Positions 58,054 to 64,000 of a DNA stretch of 64,000 nucleotides are shown one piece after another (the stretch's first letter is position 1; each line of letters begins with the position of its first letter). The notes under the pieces were generated by a model. That model saw nothing but the letters and a program-made list of their open reading frames with translations. It did no database searches and was not told the DNA's origin. The translations under genes and the position numbers were made by a program. Source of the stretch: an uncultured archaeon (GTDB lineage: Archaea > Asgardarchaeota > Lokiarchaeia > Sigyniarchaeales > SOKP01); NCBI GenBank assembly GCA_964493385.1, contig CAZBNW010000003.1, forward strand, positions 6,509 through 70,508, given 5' to 3'.

Positions 58054-59934
58054 TTAAATTATGTTAAGTTCTTTTAATTTTTCAGCAGTAGGCTTACCAG
58101 TCTCCCAATCCCAACCTCGATGCTTATAATATTTTTTTAAATTTTCTTCCAAGTCTAATTTTACATGAGTTGTTTTACCCGATTTTAAAACTTGTTTTAA
58201 GATTCCTGGTAATTTATCATCGTCCCTAGTAATTCCTAATTTACAATTTATTAATCTTTTAAGGTTATTAATACGTTCTCCAACTCTTAATATCGATTTT
58301 TTGTCATAATTAAAACCTGTAGTAGCATTTATATGACCTATTATATGCTCTAAGCTAAGACTAACAAAATCACAATCAACTGCAGAGTCATCTACAGCTC
58401 TTATATCCTGTAAAGCAATAACTCCTTTTTCTCTCCCCTTGATTAAAGGTCTACTTTTACCCATTTTCACGTGTAAATCAGGATAGGAAACAGTTGTTAT
58501 TTCTACACTATACCAATCACATTTTTGATTATTTGCTCCTACACAAGATGTGATATAACTTAAAGCCTGTCCTGCAAAAGCTCTTGGATCATGCATCGGC
58601 ATTTCTAAGCCCTTTACATGTGCAGCTAATTCTGGATCAACCCCAAGCTTTTTAGCAATTGACCGTACACCTTCAGCAAGTAAACTTCCAATTCCTTCTT
58701 TTTTTGAAATTTTGTCGATTAATTTTAATATTAGTTCACCATTACCCCATTTTATCTCTTCAAGATTGATGTCATCCAATATAAGTCTTATTTTATCAGT
58801 ATTAAGGTTATTTTCAACCAAATATATCAAAAATGCGATACACACTCCACTTGAAATTGTGTCAATACCATGGATATTACATAGATGGTTTGCTAATATT
58901 ACTTCTTTAGAATTAAAGACGCCACATAAAGGTCCTAAAGCGGCAACTGATTCATATTCTGGACCATCAACTTTTATTTCTTCACCATTATTCTCAATAA
59001 TCGTTTGTTTACCGCATCTCAAGGTACAGCCAGCACAACCATAATCTAAAACAGGGTATTCTTCTCGTAGAGTTTTTCCCGTTAATTTTTCAGCGGGAAA
59101 TTCTGTTTCAGTAAAATAATATGCGGGAGTATCTCCAAGTGCCATTCCAATATCAAGATAACAATTTGTTCCATACAAAGTATATAAAAGAGGTGTTGTA
59201 GATGCAAGAAGCACTCCTTTCTTTGAATCCTCTGCCTGCCTTAATAATTCTCTACCTATATTAGGTTCAGCTATTTTAACTTTATTAGTTCCGTGAATGG
59301 CAATTGCTTTTAAATTCTTTGAGCCCATGAGAGCACCCAAACCACATCTACCCTGAGCTCGACCTTCATCGTTAATAATAGCAGCATATTTTACCAGATT
59401 CTCTCCAGCAGGTCCTATACATGCAACTTTTGCCTTATCGTTTTTTACCTCTTTTTTAATTAATTCTTGAGTTTCATAGGTGTTTTTTCCCCATAAATTA
59501 CTCGCATCTTTAAATTCAAAAGTATTATTGTGGATATATAAATAGATAGGGTTCTTGGATTTTCCCGTAATTACTATAGCGTCAAATCCGCTATTCCGTA
59601 GAGAGATACAGAAAAAACCACCTGAAGTCCCCTCTCCCCAAATTCCTGTGAGTGGTGAAATTCCAGTTACAGAATATCTACCAGAAGAAGGTCTGATTGT
59701 TCCTGTTATAGGGCCAGTAGCAAAAATTAACGGATTTTTATCTGAAAATAGGTTACTTTTTAAAACTTCATAATCATTATCGGATAAAAAATTATATGTT
59801 AGCTTAGCACTTAATCCCGTTCCTCCAAGATATTGCTTTGCAATCAGACCATCTAAATCTTTGATATTAACCTTTTGACTGGTTAAATCAATATAGGTAA
59901 TTTTTCCATTATATCCATTTAATTCTTCACTCAT
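58054..59934 (-). CDS. aor: Aldehyde:ferredoxin oxidoreductase family tungstoenzyme (626 aa, canonical length)
   Basis: GYNGKITYIDL, GCAGCTLRCGK (CxxCxxxC), DGPEYESVAALG, GIDTISSG. Confidence 0.85.
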   Translation of the reverse strand: MSEELNGYNGKITYIDLTSQKVNIKDLDGLIAKQYLGGTGLSAKLTYNFLSDNDYEVLKSNLFSDKNPLIFATGPITGTIRPSSGRYSVTGISPLTGIWGEGTSGGFFCISLRNSGFDAIVITGKSKNPIYLYIHNNTFEFKDASNLWGKNTYETQELIKKEVKNDKAKVACIGPAGENLVKYAAIINDEGRAQGRCGLGALMGSKNLKAIAIHGTNKVKIAEPNIGRELLRQAEDSKKGVLLASTTPLLYTLYGTNCYLDIGMALGDTPAYYFTETEFPAEKLTGKTLREEYPVLDYGCAGCTLRCGKQTIIENNGEEIKVDGPEYESVAALGPLCGVFNSKEVILANHLCNIHGIDTISSGVCIAFLIYLVENNLNTDKIRLILDDINLEEIKWGNGELILKLIDKISKKEGIGSLLAEGVRSIAKKLGVDPELAAHVKGLEMPMHDPRAFAGQALSYITSCVGANNQKCDWYSVEITTVSYPDLHVKMGKSRPLIKGREKGVIALQDIRAVDDSAVDCDFVSLSLEHIIGHINATTGFNYDKKSILRVGERINNLKRLINCKLGITRDDDKLPGILKQVLKSGKTTHVKLDLEENLKKYYKHRGWDWETGKPTAEKLKELNII

Positions 59935-59957
59935 TTATATTCACTTAAAGTTTTTAA

Positions 59958-61244
59958 TTAAAAATCAATATCCTTTCCATCCCAAGCATATTCAAATATT
60001 TTCTTACAGAGTTCTTCATTAATTGGGCGGTATGAAATTAATATTACAGCATCATTAATAGCGTAATCCACTAATTTTTCAAGTTTTTCGAAATATTCTT
60101 CTTTATTAATTATGGGATCTTTTATATCTTTCATACATGTTGGACCATCAATAGAGTGTATGAAATCTTTAATTTTTTGAATAAACTCTTTCATCAATTC
60201 CTCTCTCTTTTTGTTTTTAATTTCAATGCCGAAAATTGGACACAATTGCTTCCATCTATCAGTAACTTTCGCTTTGAATGCAAGAGTATATGGTAAAAAT
60301 AGGGCACAAGAAAGACCATGATGGACATCAAAGATTTTTCCAAAACTATGGCCAAAAGCATGGTTCAATCCAGAAGTTTGATTTCCATATGCTCCGACTG
60401 CGGCCCATGTGGATGCCATTTGCATGTGGCTTCGAGCTTCAATATCTTTTCCACCATATTTATAACAACGGGGAAGATATTTTACAATCTCCTTTATGAC
60501 AGCTAAATTAATAGCATCAACGTAGGGATTACCCCAATTTGTAGTAAAAGCTCCCAATGCATGAGTTAACGCATCTAAACCAGTTGCCATCGTTAAAAAT
60601 GGTGGCAAATCTTTTACGAAATCTGGATCTAAGATAGTAATATCAGCTAGTAATTCCTCATGGACCACTTCAATTTTTTTTGGAGGATCTCTCGCAGTAT
60701 CGGTAATCGTAGCATCTTGTGAATTTTCTGATCCTGTTCCAGCTGTAGTTGGTATAAAGATCAAGTATTTAATCTTTTTACGTAATCCAAGGGGTCCTCC
60801 AACACTAGGTAGAATCATAAAAAGATTCTGCTCTGGTTTTTCATATTTTACCATTATCATCTTAGCCGTATCCATTACACTCCCCCCTCCAATTGCAACC
60901 AATATTTTCGGGTTATAGGATTCACAAACTTTTACTCCTTCTTCTATTGTAGGCACTGGGACTTCTGGTAAAACATTCGACCATACTTTATAATCCATAT
61001 CGATTAATTTAAGGTAATCCTCTAGATTTTTAATAAATTTTTTAGTAAATGAATCAGTAATAATTAAAGCTCTTCTATCCTCCTTTTTGATAACCGCTTC
61101 TAAATATTTTGCTACTCTGAGTAGCGCTGATTTACCTGTATATATTCTTGACAAGAAAAAATTAGTTTCTATTCCTCTTACCGCTCTACCACCAAAGATT
61201 GGAAATAAATCTTTAGCCATTTGTGATTCATACCAAGTAGGCAT
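59958..61244 (-). CDS. Iron-containing (group III) alcohol dehydrogenase
   Basis: VAIGGGSVMDTAK, PTTAGTGSE, and the His cluster HALGAF...HAFGHSFG...HG. Confidence 0.8.
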   Translation of the reverse strand: MPTWYESQMAKDLFPIFGGRAVRGIETNFFLSRIYTGKSALLRVAKYLEAVIKKEDRRALIITDSFTKKFIKNLEDYLKLIDMDYKVWSNVLPEVPVPTIEEGVKVCESYNPKILVAIGGGSVMDTAKMIMVKYEKPEQNLFMILPSVGGPLGLRKKIKYLIFIPTTAGTGSENSQDATITDTARDPPKKIEVVHEELLADITILDPDFVKDLPPFLTMATGLDALTHALGAFTTNWGNPYVDAINLAVIKEIVKYLPRCYKYGGKDIEARSHMQMASTWAAVGAYGNQTSGLNHAFGHSFGKIFDVHHGLSCALFLPYTLAFKAKVTDRWKQLCPIFGIEIKNKKREELMKEFIQKIKDFIHSIDGPTCMKDIKDPIINKEEYFEKLEKLVDYAINDAVILISYRPINEELCKKIFEYAWDGKDIDF

Positions 61245-61411
61245 CTTAATATATCCCCTTTATAATCTTGATAAAATTAATTTTTAGGGTAATAGATATT
61301 AAAAGCAAATTCAATAAAAAAACATTTTTAATTCAATATCAGATATTATCTTAAGTAGAGAAGTTATGAAAAGAACCTCTAATAATTAAATTGTTTCTGG
61401 GTTTCATAATT

Positions 61412-62383
61412 ATGAAGATAAAGCTAAATATGAATGAAATGTATAAATCCCCTCCTAAAGAGATAATTAATCAAGTAAAAGAATCTATTAATAAGATTAA
61501 TAGATATACTCCTCAAAAAGAAGTAGATATTTTAATAGAAGAACTATCACATTATACAAATGTCCCGCCAGAATCGATCGTTTTGAGTTCAGGTTCGGAT
61601 TTAATAATTAAAGAATTTATATTTCTCTTTTCAAATAATAGGCAAATTATAATTGCTGAGCCAACATTTGTTATTATAAACAATTCAGCTCAAAATGCTG
61701 ATTCTCCTTTAATAAAATTCAGATTAAATGAGCCAGATTTTAAAATCTCTTTAGAACCTTTAATTAATGAATTGAAAACTCCTTCTTTAATAGTATTTGA
61801 TAACCCTAATAATCCAACTGGAAGTTTAATAATTACTCAAAATGATATTGAAACTATCTTAGAGGATGAGAATGTAATTTTATTAATTGATGAGGCTTAT
61901 TTTGAATTCTCAAACGTTAGTTTTGTTGATTTAATAGATAGGTATCCCAATCTTGCAATTTTAAGAACATTAAGTAAATCTTTTGGATTAGCAGGATCCG
62001 GAATTGGATATCTAATTGCTGGAGATTTAATACGTAAAAAATTTCAAGGATTAGAGATTATGCTTCCATATCCAAGCGTTATTGCTGGAATTGAAGCATT
62101 AAGAAATCCCGGATATATGACTGATTACGTTAAGGAAGTAGAAACTGAAAAAAGAAGAATAATGAATCTTGTCTCTGAGTTAGGAATAATAGTATACCAA
62201 AGCTATACAAATTTTTTACTTATGAAAACTAAGATACAAAGAATTTCTGAGAAGTTAGCAGAACAAGGGGTTTTAGTGCATGATGTATCTAATCAATTGA
62301 GTTCGGAATATTTCCGAGTTACTATTGGTTCTAAAAAAGAAAATGATTATTTTTTAAATGCTCTTAAAAATATTGTTTCCTAA
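61412..62383 (+). CDS. HisC-like class II aminotransferase (second paralog)
   Basis: DNPNNPTG, IDEAYFEF, and RTLSKSFGLAGSGIGY. ATG 61412 is preferred over the TTG at 61391. Confidence 0.7.
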   Translation: MKIKLNMNEMYKSPPKEIINQVKESINKINRYTPQKEVDILIEELSHYTNVPPESIVLSSGSDLIIKEFIFLFSNNRQIIIAEPTFVIINNSAQNADSPLIKFRLNEPDFKISLEPLINELKTPSLIVFDNPNNPTGSLIITQNDIETILEDENVILLIDEAYFEFSNVSFVDLIDRYPNLAILRTLSKSFGLAGSGIGYLIAGDLIRKKFQGLEIMLPYPSVIAGIEALRNPGYMTDYVKEVETEKRRIMNLVSELGIIVYQSYTNFLLMKTKIQRISEKLAEQGVLVHDVSNQLSSEYFRVTIGSKKENDYFLNALKNIVS

Positions 62384-62474
62384 AATAAAGATTAATAAGA
62401 AATTTTTATTAATGAAAATAAACAAAATCTTTTCTATAAGATTTATAAAACATAGTTTGTAATGAGGCGTTTAT

Positions 62475-63290
62475 ATGGTTGAAAAAATAAATACTATCTC
62501 TGTAATTGGAGCAGGATATATGGGTAGACAAATTATAAAGAAATCAGCAATGTTTAATTATGATGTTAAGGTTTTTGATACTAATCTAGAAGGATTAGAG
62601 CTATATATAAAAGAAATTAAAGAAACAGAAGATATAAAAGGAGAAATAACACTTTATGATGATCTTTCTGAAGCGGTGAAAAATACTGATCTTGTTATTG
62701 AGGCTATCCCTGAGATAATTGAATTGAAAAGAGATACTTTCTCCCTGATTGATAAAGTAGCTCCATCTCATACCATCCTAGCTACAAATAGTTCCTCAAT
62801 TCCAATTTCAAAAATAGAGGATGTTGTTGAGAGAAGAGATAAAGTTATGAATATTCATTTCTACAATCTATTTGACTATCCAATGGCAGATCTTATGAAA
62901 GGAACACAAACTAGCGATGAAACATTCGAAAAAGGAAAGAGTTGGGTCGAAAGTATTGATATCACTCCTCTAATTGTAAAAAAAGAATGTTATGGATTTG
63001 TTTTCAATAGAGTGTGGCGAGCAATAAAAAAAGATTGCCTTAAAATATGGGGGGAAGGCTATGCTGATTTTGAGGATGTAGATAAAGGATTTAATATTTT
63101 CACTAGTATGGGTAAAGGTCCTTTTCAATTAATGGATGAAATAGGATTAGATGTTATTTATGATATTGAAATGTCATACTTTAAAAAAAGCGGTGATCCT
63201 GATGATAAACCGCCCCAAGCACTTAAGGATAAGGTCGATAGAGGAGAATTAGGAAAAAAAACTGGAAAAGGATTCTATACTTGGAAATAA
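62475..63290 (+). CDS. 3-hydroxyacyl-CoA dehydrogenase family protein (short form)
   Basis: ISVIGAGYMGRQI, ATNSSS, and the C-terminal GKKTGKGFYTW. Confidence 0.7.
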   Translation: MVEKINTISVIGAGYMGRQIIKKSAMFNYDVKVFDTNLEGLELYIKEIKETEDIKGEITLYDDLSEAVKNTDLVIEAIPEIIELKRDTFSLIDKVAPSHTILATNSSSIPISKIEDVVERRDKVMNIHFYNLFDYPMADLMKGTQTSDETFEKGKSWVESIDITPLIVKKECYGFVFNRVWRAIKKDCLKIWGEGYADFEDVDKGFNIFTSMGKGPFQLMDEIGLDVIYDIEMSYFKKSGDPDDKPPQALKDKVDRGELGKKTGKGFYTWK

Positions 63291-63370
63291 AATAACATTT
63301 TTTTTCTATCCATAATTATTAAAAATAACTAATTTTTTCAAATTTATTATTAAGATTTGTATTATAGTAG

Positions 63371-64000
63371 ATGACAGATAAGAGAGAACAAGAAGTACCT
63401 AGGATTAAAGAACTTGAAAGTATCAATTTAGCGAGGGAAGAGATAAGAGACTTCGTTATAGAGACGAAAAAAGAAGTTGAAAAAGATAATGATTTGTTAG
63501 CAGAGCAGATAAATAATAAGCTTAATAAAATAGGTATTAAATCTATAGATATTGTTGGTGCAATTGGTGCGGGGAAAACAGCACTTTTAGAAAAAATGGC
63601 TGAAAATTTATCAAAAAAATATCGAATCTTAGTGATATGTGGTGATATTACCACTAGAGTTGATGCCGATAGAATTGAGAAACACAATGTTGAGACAATT
63701 CAAATAAATACTGGACGAGAATGTGCTTTAAATGCTTATCATATTTATCAGGTTATTAAAAATAAAAGTTTAGAGGATTACGATCTTATCTTTATCGAAA
63801 ATGTAGGCAACTTAATTTGTCCTTCTGATTTTCAATTAGGAACTGATAAACGAATTACAGTGGTCTCGATTACAGAAGGTGAATGGGTGATTGAAAAACA
63901 TCCGATGCTTTTTAAAATGTCCAATATTGCTGTCATTAATAAAATAGATCTTTTAGAGAGATTAGGGACTAATATTGATAAAATTATAAATGATGCTAAG
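63371..64000 (+). CDS. hypB: Hydrogenase nickel-incorporation GTPase HypB, 3'-truncated by the window edge
   Basis: Manual translation from ATG 63371 is open to 64000. IVGAIGAGKTALLEKM (P-loop), VICGDITTRVDADRI, INTGREC, IENVGNLICP, NKIDLL. Absent from the track because it has no stop. Confidence 0.8.
   Translation, partial: MTDKREQEVPRIKELESINLAREEIRDFVIETKKEVEKDNDLLAEQINNKLNKIGIKSIDIVGAIGAGKTALLEKMAENLSKKYRILVICGDITTRVDADRIEKHNVETIQINTGRECALNAYHIYQVIKNKSLEDYDLIFIENVGNLICPSDFQLGTDKRITVVSITEGEWVIEKHPMLFKMSNIAVINKIDLLERLGTNIDKIINDAK

Noticed and set aside
63319-63687. A 122-aa minus-strand ORF from the track.
   Set aside because: It lies antisense to a clear hypB reading frame (P-loop GAGKT, ENVGNLICP, NKIDLL) that runs off the window end. 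The minus-strand product is low-complexity (S/L/I/F) with no motif.
1-64000. Search for CRISPR arrays, tRNA/rRNA genes, IS elements with terminal inverted repeats, and integrase genes.
   Set aside because: No non-coding stretch is long enough, or visibly periodic enough, for a CRISPR array. No GC-rich cloverleaf-like islands occur in the intergenic regions. No transposase or integrase motifs were seen. Visual scanning can miss short or degenerate elements.

Overview
This is an AT-rich, gene-dense window, most likely from an archaeon. That is an inference from gene content: tungsten AOR paralogs, hypB, a COG1753-type VapB, a LAGLIDADG protein, a pAgo, and a TATA-like box at -30..-23 of one start codon. 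The amino-acid-fermenting gene set would suit an Asgard/Lokiarchaeia-like organism, but the sequence alone cannot prove this.

The window has two parts.

(1) Positions 1 to about 15650 form an accessory, defence-type island.
- A translationally coupled minus-strand pair encodes a pseudokinase + Upf1-like SF1 helicase fusion, followed by an HKD/PLD nuclease that is cut by the window edge. This resembles type I Mokosh.
- A 144-bp gap separates it from a divergent, tightly packed five-gene plus-strand operon: XRE HTH regulator, Cas4/RecB-like Fe-S nuclease, long Argonaute with Q in place of the RDG aspartate, small orphan protein, and HExxH (ImmA/IrrE-like) metalloprotease-like protein.
- The island continues with a truncated hsdR C-terminal remnant, a 957-aa orphan protein, and a free-standing two-motif LAGLIDADG protein.
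- The most interesting hypothesis is that the MOV10/Armitage-like helicase, the Zucchini-like PLD nuclease and the PIWI-domain protein, sitting back-to-back, work as one guide-generating and guide-using module. This is unproven.

(2) Positions 15800 to 64000 hold core metabolism.
- Two AOR paralogs, and a fused Fe-S flavoprotein next to a DAO-type FAD oxidoreductase.
- An OTC-like carbamoyltransferase, carbamate kinase and ornithine aminotransferase, with a vapBC pair inserted among them.
- A penicillin-acylase-family protein.
- A lysine fermentation cluster (kce-kdd-kamA-?-kamD-kamE).
- A his operon (hisIE with an unexplained N-terminal extension, G, D, C, B, H, and a single-polypeptide HisA-HisF fusion).
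- Assorted dehydrogenases, a QueG-like gene interrupted by an in-frame TGA, and a 3'-truncated hypB.

I could not recognise any rRNA, tRNA or CRISPR array. All calls come from reading motifs by eye; no searches were run.
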